Below are positions 52,964 to 64,000 of a stretch of 64,000 nucleotides of DNA, one piece after another. Under the pieces are notes generated by a model that was given only the letters and a program-made list of their open reading frames with translations, had not been told where the DNA came from and did no database searches. Position 1 is the stretch's first letter, and the number at the start of each line of letters is the position of its first letter. Source of the stretch: Antedon mediterranea (taxonomy: Eukaryota; Animalia; Echinodermata); contig NC_092675.1 of NCBI RefSeq assembly GCF_964355755.1, positions 20,432,912-20,496,911 on the forward strand, read 5' to 3'. Made by a program: the position numbers and the translations under genes.

Positions 52964-55900
52964 ATGGCACCGTCAATGAGTAAACTTTTGTATAGCCCAA
53001 CGTCGGCTGTAGCAATATCAAGTGCTTTTAGCATATATTACTTAGCGAAAAGATTGGATAATTCGAAGGACAACAAAGGGAGGCGGAAACGAACTGAAAG
53101 GTAACACTTTTATTTAGGCTAGGCCTAGGCCTAGCTAGGCTAGCCCTTAAGTAGGCTAGATAGCCTAGGCCTAGATGCCTATCTTGCACGCCGCCAGGTA
53201 GACAGGTTGTTACCTGGCGTGACCAACTTAACTGTCATGCCGGCGGCGGCTGGGGATTCCCTGGCATTAACCGACGTGATTCTAGACTGTGCAGTAGGCC
53301 TAGCTAGGCTTATGCGGCTGCCTACAATATAAATTTTTCTTTCGATTTAAAAATTGATTATTTTTTAGTACTTAACATTAAAAGAATTTGTTTTGTTAAC
53401 CTATTCTGTTTTGTTGATTGATGCCGTGCCTTGTTTATGATTTTTTAATGTTACCTGGAAATTGAATAAAATAAAATAAAATAAAAAAAATTATTTGCAA
53501 TGTCATTGGCAATTGCTTGTTGTGTTGTAGGCCTATGGTGCCTAGTCTAAAATAGTAAAATTAGGCCTAGCTAGGCCTATAGCTTTACCTATTGTTGATA
53601 TTATTATTTAATTTTATGATTGTGTTAAAAAATTTAACAAAATAATATGGATATTTTTTACAGGCTCTTTAATCTGCAGGTACATTGATTCATAATATAA
53701 ATAATTACGTTTAAATATGCATGCATATCTATTTTTAATAAATAAGTATTTAATTAAGTACCAGCAACATGGAGTGGTATTATTGGTAATACTATTGTAT
53801 AAGCAAGTAACTGCACCTCACACAATTTTACTAAATGAAACTCTTTTTTTTTTTATTTCAGTATATCAGAAATCCCTGTGGTGCTTCAGGTATAAATCAT
53901 TACTGTTTTTTGGGTAACAATAACATTTTAACAAATAATATGACATAATATAGTAAATCAGACCTGCCAACCCATGGGTCATAAATGAAATTGCTAAAAA
54001 AAGTTCCCAGATTGAATATTACCAATGACGAAAAAAAAAACAACTATAACTCTAACTATTTGCTATCTTAAATCTGCCCGGCCGTTAGTGGCAACATTCA
54101 ATTAAAAAATATGTTAAATTTTTTTTGTGACGGAAGGGACATAAATATACCTGACATTCTTTTGACCCATTTTCCATTTAGAAAATTTGTTTGTTTTTTT
54201 TAGGGAGGAAAATCAAAAGCACAATCAAAAGAAAAGGCTGCTGTAGATTCTGTATTTTTCAGGTAAGACTTTTAGCAAAAAGTATTATCCAAAATCTACA
54301 CAAATTGTTGTTTTCTGTATAATTGACAGTGAATAACATATTCATAAAATAGAATAAACACTGTAAGCATTCTATTGTATGCCTGCAAAAACTTACAATG
54401 TTAAGAATCAATTAACACATTAGTATTAAGTACCTGTTCCGTTCTATTCAAGATTCAAGAAATTTTATTTGTCCATAAAAATGGAAATTCACTTTGCTTG
54501 GTAGATTAAAACAACAATATTGCAACAATTTAAAAACGTGCAGTATTATAACAGATTAAAAATACAAGATAAAAAGTTAAAAATACTGTTAAAAATGTAA
54601 AACTATTAAAAATTGCATTAACGTCTTACATTAGAATTAAAAATTGCATTAACGTCTTACATTAGAATTAAAAATATGAATGCTATTTACAACGAAGGAT
54701 TTTCTAGTTCTACAAAGATTTGCTCTTGGAGGTCGTAGCCTAATGCCTGATCTATTTAAGTTATAACAATGTAACGGATGAGTGGGGTCTTTCATAATAT
54801 TGTTTACTTTTTTTTTAGAATACTCTTTTCATATATAAATGAACAAGGCGTAAGATCAGCTTTAATAATACGTTGTGCAATTTTACGTGGTCTCTCAATA
54901 TTTTTCTTATCATTATCTTTCTATGCTATTATCTGAAGTAATACTAGTTCCTATGTATTGATTTCAATTTTTTTTTTACATTTTTTTTTAACCATATTTT
55001 AATGAGGGTAATCCATCCATCCATTGCTGATCATTAGGGACCCTCAGAGGTTCACAAGACAAACATATACAAGATGCTCTACATAAACAAAGTCTTAGGG
55101 AGTGGAGTTGTAATTTTTTCCTTAGAAAAAAATCCTGACATGTGACAGGACTTGAACCCAGGACCCATAAATTTGAATTTCATTTCAAATAAACATTTAT
55201 TTTCTTTTACATCATATAAAATAGAAAACAAGATATACTGGTATAATATGTAACAGCAGCTCTCTTTTATAAATATGTTTTTTTTCATTTTGTAGACGAT
55301 TATTTTCAATTATTAAGATATTAGTACCAAGGTTAAAATGCAAAGAAGTAAGTATTTTCCAAGTTTGTTTATTTGGTAATACATACTGTATATATATACA
55401 GCTTATTTTGATATGACGTATATAACATCACATGGGTATTGTTTTACTTTCATATGCATATGAAAGTCTGTTCCAACGTAACATTGAGGTGCCGTGCAAA
55501 CATTTGAACTAACTGCGGGCTGGTAGCATGAAATCCGAAAATAACCTTAAAACATTAATATTTAATATCCAAATGTTGAATTAACCACATGTCACTTTTA
55601 AGTTGCTTTAACTTTTTAAAACTAATTTATGTTCATATTATATATACAGTCTGTGTTCTACATGTTTTATTTGGAACATTCTGTTTAATTACTACTCTGT
55701 TGATACTCCTTATAATTTATGTAGTGGCAGTAAAAAATAATTGGTAGGTTATTTTAATATCCTGTTAGATTATAGATTATTCACATAGGGCTTTTATTGG
55801 TCAAGTGGTTTAAATTGTTAAATTGTATTTTACAAAAGATTATGGCGTGCAGGATTAAGAATTTCTTTTTAAATCATACATACTTGTCCTTGACTTTTGT

Positions 55901-58900
55901 TTTTCATAGAAAACTATAATGTATTGTATTAGATGGACTTTAGTAGTAGATTCTTATTTATAGATTTGGGTTTTTTTTTTAGAAATGTATTAAAATATTA
56001 TTATTTTGAAAAGGTGTGCTACAAATTACACTCCTCAACATACTGTATGTGCTGTAGGTATGCTGTTTGTATCTTGGTGTGTAGAAGCCTACAAAATTGA
56101 ATTGTAAATGTAAATGGCACACATTTATGTGTGTGATTGCACTCGCATGCCTCAATCTCTTACGGGTGTATAGATGTGCTAAGAGAGGCCTGAGGTCCGA
56201 GATAGATCACACTAGATTGGATCACTGTCTCGAAAAGCGGACCTCTGGAAATAATACTTTCTCAAAATTTGGACCGGTCATGTGGAACGAACTCCCGTCT
56301 GTGATCCGGGAACAAACCACGGTTCTAAAATTTAAAAAAGCCCTCAAAACACATCTATTTCCTAAGAAGTGACTCATTGTTGGGTCTGCTGATGTAAAGC
56401 GCTTTTATCATTTTATACTAATTTGGAAAAGCGCTATATAAATAAAATAAGAATAATAATAATAATATTAAATGAAATGTTGTTACATAATAATAATAAT
56501 AATTCCTGTATACAAATCATAAAACTGTTATTTTTACTTTTTTTTTTATTTAAACAAAAATGTTATTCTGTCAAGGGGTTCCAAAAGAAGCCAAAAATCT
56601 TCTAAACAAGGATTAAGCGTGTCACTCAAATTTAATGGTTACAATTTTTGTTTTCAGACATTTTATTTACTAATAGTGGCTGCTTCCTTGGCTGCAAGAA
56701 CATATTGTGATGTTTGGATGATTCAAAATGGAACTGCCATAGAAAGGTACATTTTGGGTTTTGTAATTAGCAATACTATAATTAAAAATTAACAAACAAT
56801 ACTTACTTCTTGGTCTAGACTCGGATATCCAAGTGCAAAGAGCTCTATCCCAATCTATGAGAAAAGTCAAGAGACCAACAGGAGGCCCCAAACTCGCCCC
56901 CAGAATCTGGCTATGAAAAAAAAAATAAATAAGTCTATGTGCACACCCTGGGCAATACTCACTCTGATTGGAGGAGTTAAGTGCGGTATGTCATAAGACG
57001 TACTGTACAGTGTTCATAATGACTTACTATTCACAATACATATTCATTTAATTATTTATGCTCTTGTAAATGAAACAATGCATAATTTTTTGCTAAATAA
57101 GAATTTAAATCATCTTTTATACTTTTTCTTTTAGCTCTATAATTGGTCGAGATGTTGGCTTATTCAAGAAATATCTTTTTAATTTCATTTGTGCCATGCC
57201 AGCTGTAAGTATTCTGAAAGGTGTCAGACTTCACCCATTGTTTATTATCGAACATATGTAGGTAGGCCTAGGCCTAGTCAATTTGGTATTGGATATCCCA
57301 GATGGTGTACGCTCAAAGATTTTAATATTATTATTATTACCTTATACAGCGACCTCTATATAATTGTTAATTATTATAGCACACCCTCTATTGTTTATCC
57401 AAACATTTTTTTTTTTCAACTTGGGTCCTCTGGTATGTGTAGTATCGAATCAAATTGGCCATTAATTTTAATTGTTCATTCATTCTTTTTTCAGATATCA
57501 CTGATAAACAACTTGCTAAAAGTAAGTCTAAATTTTAATTTGCAATTACTTGTAGAAACAATAATAATTAATTATATAGAAGATTGGACATATTGTTATT
57601 GCTATTGCCTCTTTTTAATACCTTTTTTAAACAATAATTATTTTGTTTTTTTAGTATGGATTGAATGAAGTAAAGTTATTATTCAGAACAAGGCTGACAT
57701 CATTCCTCTATGATCAATACCTCAGGTAATTTTAATAACACATACATAAGTTATATTATATTTAATAATCAAACTTTTATGTACTCTTGTGATGTAGAAG
57801 CGTTAGGCCTGGCATATTCCTAGTCTGCGTTATAACTAAGAATCACTTGGGTGTTTTTAATTGTTAGTTTGACATCATTTAAGTGGTTATTTGAGATTTG
57901 TTCCATTTCTTCTGCTCAGAAACTTATTCAAATTCTCTCAGCAGAAACAACCTCTTGCTGCTGTTTTATTCATTTAATTCCCTCTGCATTGGCTTGCTAT
58001 TATATAATTTTATTACATAAACAAACATATCATATTTCCTAATGCCGTAATTATTTACAGAGGGTTCACATACTACAAAATGAGCAACCTTGATAATCGT
58101 ATAGCAAATGCTGATCAGCTATTAACGCAAGACGTGGAGAAATTCTGCAACAGTGTAGCTGATTTGTACTCAAACTTAAGCAAGGTAAATATCTTTATAA
58201 TATACAACTCATCTGTTTGTATTTTAAGATTATGTTTAACATCAATAAATATTTAAATTAACACAAGCTCAGAATAAATTGTTAAAATGTAGGTAATTTA
58301 GAAAGGATATCAATAAATATTTAGACATTAAAGTAGTTTGACAAAAAAGTGTGATGTGCCTAAATATGGTAGTGATATGCTAAAAAATGATATAACATCA
58401 TCATGTCCATTATGGGCACATCAAATTTGTTTGTCACATAACATTTGATAATGTAAACAGAGCTTAAGATTTGTTATCGGGAGTGTATCCAGCACTAAAG
58501 CCCTGTCTACACTATCAAATTTATGTGACCAAAAAATGTGATGTGCCCATTTATGGACATGAGGATGTCATATCACTACCATATTTGGGCACATCACACG
58601 TTTTCAATCTATTTTGACAGTGTAGACAGAGCTTAAGAGTGCGTACTCCTCCATTTTGACAGTTTAAATGAAATTATGAACTACTTTTTGATACTATTTT
58701 TGACAGACTTTTGTATGTTAGCGCTGCCCCATTAAATAAATCTTGGCCATATTATAAAATTCAAAATGCTGTCCTTTGGAAATCACAATTTTGATATTTG
58801 GCAAACCATAATTTGGAATTCTATACTTATTTCTTCTTCAGCCCTTACTTGACATCTTGATCTACACCCGTGTATTGGCATCATCTATAGGTGCTCAAGG

Positions 58901-61900
58901 GCCAGCTTTCATGTTGCTATACTTAGCTATATCTGGCCTAGTACTTACAAGGTATGTTGTATTCATAATACTTGCCGATTCATATTTTTAATTATCTTTA
59001 ATCAACAACTCGTAGATGTCAATTAAATCAGTTATGTTACTCGTTGTCATTTGTGGTCAGATTCTGCTTAGCAGAAAATATTTGTTGCCATTAATTTTAC
59101 TGCAGTCTGTTATCAAAGTCAAAATAACCTAAGCCACACCTGACCTAAGCAAGTATTTTTCCGGAAATATTGGATGATGTTAGAGTCCATTTTATAATCT
59201 AAATAGAACTGGTTTGATAGATAAAATGGCTTTGTTTTTCATTTAAGCACATTTTAACTATCCTGACTTAAGCAAAAATATGTATAAGGTCCAGCCCTGA
59301 TGGGGACTAATTATGCATACAGTTTTAAAATGAAGCAATCCACTTTTATAAAAAAAAATGTCTTCACTGCAAATATATAATATCGCATTCAATTATGATT
59401 TCATTTTTGACTGATAGACTACGTAGGCCTGTTGGCAGGATGACTGTACAGGAACAACAGTTTGAAGGAGAGTTTCGATTTGTCAATTCTCGCTTGATTA
59501 CAAACAGTGAAGAAATTGCCTTCTATCAAGGTAACAAGTGTGAAAGGAGGACTATTTATCACACGTTCAAGAAATTGGTATGATTGTGTTGTAGCTCTTT
59601 AAATACTCTATGTGGTATAATTCTGGTTGAAAGCCTTTTAAACCAAGAAATATGGAATCATTTTGTTACATTAATTATATACATTAGCCCCATGACATTT
59701 GCAATAAGTAACACACCCTCCTTGTGTTTAGAAGATATCCGAGTAGAACAAGCAACATGCAGTTAAAAAAGGTTGTCTTTTTATTGGATAACAATGTATC
59801 TTCTGATGTTTTGCCTTGCCATACTAAATTAGAATCTTCAGAACCAAACCTATTTTGTATAAGGTTTTTCTGTACAATATAACTATTAAATTACCTTGCA
59901 GTTGATAGAACTTAAAATGCTAAATTGTATCCATGAAATATTTTTTGGAGATATTTCATTTATGTCAGAACTATAACATGTCAAAACATTTCTTTAATTT
60001 TTCACCATTTTTTTTAGGTTGATCATTTACATCAGTTTATTTTCTTCCGCTTCTCAATGGGTTTTATTGACAACATAATTGCAAAATGTAAGTTAAAATT
60101 GCAATTTAAGTTGATGTTTACTTAAGATGTCCCTGTGACCTGGTTCAGAGTCTCATTCTATCAATCCATCATCAAATATTGATTATTTTTCTTTGGTGTT
60201 GTCTGCTTATTAATATCTGTGAGAACTTAGTACACTTTTTTTTCTTTTATCACTGTCATATTTCTTTATTTGCTACTGACCATTTGAACTGACAAGTAGC
60301 ATGGTATACTATTATAATCTTTTTAATTGTGTTTATTGACTTTCTTTTGATAGATATTGCAACTGTTGTTGGGTATCTTGTTGTTAGTAGACCATTCCTA
60401 AACCTACAGCACAAACCATTCTTGCATCTTAATCACTCAGAAATCATGGAGGTAAGTTGTAGATTATCAATACATTAGAAAAATGTACATAAGATTTATA
60501 TCATAAATATAATGACTAGTGTGTAAGGTGCATTAAGGGTAGGTGAAAATAGGGGTGCCCTAAAGGAAGAGTTCTACTGTAGTACTACCAGTCATATTAA
60601 ATGGTACAGTATGTTACATTCACCTAAAAGTTATTTTGTTCAGAATAAAAGAAATGTTTTTTGAGGATAAATGTATTGTAAATAGAGCAGAAATCTTATA
60701 CAAAAATGATACTACTTAAAACCTTATTTTACCCATTAAATCTTATTATTTATATTATTTTAATATTGTTAATTATACTTCTCCTTGAAAACTTACATAA
60801 CTTTGATAATTTTTTTAATGTATTTTTTATTTATTATGTAACAATGTATTTTGTTTTTAATGACAATTTTAGTCAAACCTCCTTTTAAAAAAAATATCTA
60901 TTATATAGTATAAGTGACTTGTTTAATTTACTGCAATTAAAACTAGATGTTATTACACTATATATAACTGGATGTAATAATACATTGTCTTTAATATTTA
61001 TTGTTATTTAAATTTCTAAATCTGTTCAATAAATAATCGTCTATTACTTTATTTAGACATACTACAGATCAGGTTACATGCTTTTTAGAATGGCCATGTC
61101 AATAGGTCGTTTAGTACTTGCTGGCCGAGAGGCCATAAGGCTGGCCGGGTAAGTTGTCAGCCACGCAATGCCTATCCTTATGTATACTTTAGTGCATCGT
61201 TCTAACATTTGTGTTTGTGTATTTCATGTTTATCGGCCTAAAGGGCTGGCTGTATGTTTTAGCATGACTGTAGCTATTGCGTTTACTGCAGTATATTTGT
61301 TATTTACTCCAGATCTATCTATCTATCTATTTGATACTTGGTCTATGAGTCTTTATTTTTTTGTTCGGGAGTTTAAGAGAACTAAATATATACTAAATAT
61401 TTGTATGTAATTAACCTTGCAACAATTTGTATACAAAAACTATAATTTTTGTTAGATTAACAATATTGTGCAGTAGATATTAAACTGCAATAAATTTACT
61501 GTTAACAAATTACTGCAGTAATTACAATCACTACAGATAAATTTAGCAATTTTTAGATCATACATAACTAATTACAATGAATTATAACAACATCATTTCA
61601 TTTTGTCATCAACTAGGAATATTATCAGGCGGGGAGAATGTTGTTACGTATGGCTCAGGCAGTCGGGAGAATTGTTCTCGCTGGACGAGACATGACACGA
61701 TTATCAGGGTGAGTGTTTAATTGGAGTTTTAGTGACAAAATTGTGCTGTTCCCGACTGCCAAAGTGAATACTTTAAATGATTTGAGAATTGTATGAAAAC
61801 ACTAACATATTTACACTAAACACTACTGTTTTGTTTGCTTTTGTAATGTACTGTATTGTAATTTAGTGCTTTTAATATTGCTTTATTCAATTGTAATGTG

Positions 61901-63928
61901 ACATGTTGACATGTATTGCGAAAAGTGACATTGTGACATTATCTGCTTGCTAGCAATCCTACCTTTTCAGCACACTAAAGTTTGTTGTTATTTTAAAGCT
62001 CTGTCTACACTCTCAAAAAAATTTGATGTGCCCAAATATGGTAGTGATATGCCCATATATGGTAGTGATATGCTCAAATATGGTAGTGATATGCTCAAAT
62101 ATGTTAGTGATATGCCCAAATATGGTAGTGATATGCTCAAATATGGTAGTGATATGCTCAAATATGGTAGTGATATGCCCAAATATGTTAGTGATATGCC
62201 CAAATATGATAGTAATATGACATCATCATGTCCATATATGAGTACATCACATTTTTTTTGTCACATAAAGTTTGATATTGTAGACATAGCTTAACACAGT
62301 ATACAATGGTATGGTGTATAATGTTGGTAAATTGATTATTCTGCTAATGTTGTTCATTTTTTTATCAACTGCTCAAAAATAGTGAACATCCTTTTAAAGT
62401 GAGCTATGACATTGTTTAAGGAACCAGGCTATTGACTGTTCAAGTCATGCTTGCAGAGCAAATAGTCTTAATTTTTGCTGTCTTTAACTTCCTTCATGGT
62501 CAAAGTTGACGATATATGAACAGGGTTCAAATATGTGGTATTTTTATTGATTATTTTTGTCTCCAATACAAAAGGTTTACAGCTAGGGTTACAGAACTAA
62601 TTACTGTACTGAAAGACTTGAACACTGGACGCTATGAACGTACCATGGTATCAGCTACGGGAAAAGGTATTACAATGTTTATGCAAAGTTAAGCTGTGTT
62701 TTGTATAGCAATGATGATAATGCAGGGGTGCCGAAAACAGCTTGAATGAGGGCTGAGTGTATTAAAACTAGTTCTTGTCTGGCATGTGGCTTGATAAGTC
62801 TACTTAATTCCACGATCATGCATTATCTGAGCTTAATTAGCATATATTATTCTAGTGTTACTTAGTATAGCTTAATACAGTACTTTTTTTCTTTTATAAT
62901 TTACAAAACAATTTCATAGATGATAAAGTAAGTTAGTAAAAGTAAAGTATAGATAAAACATACAGTACATAATAGCATAAATTTATATAAATTTCTGTTT
63001 TTCTTGTGCCCTCTTCAATAGCCTAATGTTGTATTTTTCTTCCTTTAGATTCTGATAGTGAAGAGGACAGTGAACCTTTAGTACCAGGAAGTGGAGAAGT
63101 TATATTTAAAGATGATGTTATAAGGTAATAGAGAGAATATGGTAGTATGAGCAGGTGTGGCTAAATTGCTACATTGAAATGTTACATTTTAGTGTTAGGT
63201 TGGATAGTAAGTAATGTAATCAGCAATGCAGAAAGCATGGTATATACATTTACTAATTTTTACTTCCAAATGTAAAAAAATCCTGAATCGTCCATTTTTA
63301 TAATATTATACGGACACCTTCAAATCAATAATCTTCTTCCAGAATTCAACATTTGAAATTGTAAATTTAACACAGTGGAACCGTAATTACGTAGCCATTA
63401 TATCGGCAAGGGTTCGGGGCTCACTCGCTCCATGGTTCTGGTGGTAGAACAAGTCTTCTCGGATAAGGACTATAAACCGTAGGTCCAGTGTACACATCAA
63501 GCTCATGTGCACTTTAAAGAACCTAGTACATCTTTCGAGACGAGTAGGGGGTTACCCCGGTGTACTAGTACATCACAGCCACTGATCATCAACTGGGCCC
63601 TCTGGGAGACCAGACCAGTCTTTGACTGAAGAGGTCGCACAGTATAAATATAAATAAATAAATATTTAAAAACAGACATGGGATACATTATTTAATATTT
63701 TAAAAGCAACATATAAGAACATCAAAAATACTATAAACATTACTTATTCAAAGTTGTCTATTTTTGATAATTTTCATTCTTTATAGATTTGATAATGTAC
63801 CTCTTGTGACGCCAAATGGTGATGTACTTGTTAAGGGCATGACCTTTGAGGTCACTCGTGGCATGAATGTACTTGTATGTGGACCAAATGGGTGTGGAAA
63901 GAGCTCACTCTTCAGAATTCTAGGAGAG
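52964..63928 (+). CDS. ABCD3: Peroxisomal ABC half-transporter ABCD3/PMP70; 3' end outside window
   Basis: Exons 52964-53100, 53862-53889, 54204-54262, 55296-55347, 56658-56746, 57135-57204, 57495-57521, 57655-57725, 58061-58184, 58842-58951, 59418-59577, 60018-60087, 60354-60451, [61057-61148 or 61617-61708], 62575-62666, 63049-63124, 63787-63928. Motifs [38 protein letters not shown]-like [10 protein letters not shown], Walker [13 protein letters not shown]. Confidence 0.95.
54447..54930 (-). mobile_element. LINE 3' remnant (Rex1/Babar-like)
   Basis: Minus-strand translation [44 protein letters not shown] resembles Rex/Babar C-termini; (CTTGAAT)n-type tail. Confidence 0.6.
55000..55165 (-). 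mobile_element. SINE family 2 copy
   Basis: Reverse complement of 45995-46150. Confidence 0.65.
56200..56470 (+). mobile_element. L2/CR1-type LINE 3' end
   Basis: [34 protein letters not shown] followed by AAAGCGCT...AGCGCTATATAAAT and an (AAT)n tail. Confidence 0.75.
58330..58635. mobile_element. Two adjacent MITE family A copies (58330-58466 partial, 58498-58635)
   Basis: Family A TIRs and internal motifs, opposite orientations. Confidence 0.8.
61057..61148 (+). CDS. ABCD3: ABCD3 alternative exon A (divergent TM6-region copy)
   Basis: TTTAG|92 nt|GTAAGT, phase 0/2, open frame [31 protein letters not shown]. Confidence 0.85.
61617..61708 (+). CDS. ABCD3: ABCD3 alternative exon B (canonical-like TM6-region copy)
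   Basis: CTAG|92 nt|GTGAGT, phase 0/2, open frame [31 protein letters not shown]. Confidence 0.9.
61996..62293. mobile_element. MITE family A copy with internal 21-bp unit expanded to ~9 copies
   Basis: Family A TIRs enclosing (GATATGCYCAAATATGKTAGT)x9. Confidence 0.9.
63410..63665 (+). mobile_element. SINE family 3 (Meta-domain-like core)
   Basis: TCGGATAAGGACTATAAACCGTAGGTCC...GCACTTTAAAGAACC core and (TAAA)n tail; decayed relative at ~13885-14060. Confidence 0.55.
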
Positions 63929-64000
63929 GTATAACATTTTATTATACAGTACTGTCAATTTATCCTATTAATATCTGTTTGTATACTTTGGGCATATTGA

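Noticed and set aside
59795-59845. Another hammerhead on the minus strand (CTGAAGA...AAAACATC)
   Set aside because: No stem II pairing and GAAA is absent; at most a decayed relic.
61947-62294. Repetitive proteins (KYGSDML / NMVVICS repeats)
   Set aside because: Translations of the 21-bp repeat inside a MITE.

Overview
AT-rich, intron-rich animal genomic DNA, probably a marine invertebrate; the taxon cannot be fixed from sequence alone. Six protein-coding genes can be assembled exon by exon with consistent splice phases: RPRD2-like (-, runs off the left edge), JTB (-), FKBP8 (+), ABHD17 (-), mitochondrial DMGDH (-) and peroxisomal ABCD3/PMP70 (+, runs off the right edge). JTB/FKBP8 and DMGDH/ABCD3 are head-to-head pairs. 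Introns and intergenic DNA hold many MITEs (about 13 copies of one Harbinger-like family), tRNA-derived SINEs, LINE 3' remnants and Penelope-like GIY-YIG fragments with minimal hammerhead-ribozyme motifs. The standout is a tandemly duplicated pair of 92-nt, same-phase exons in ABCD3 encoding two diverged versions of the last transmembrane helix region. They look mutually exclusive, and each has its 5' splice site enclosed in a predicted exon-intron RNA stem. Coordinates were read by hand and may be off by a base or two; comparisons with vertebrate proteins are from memory, not from a database search.
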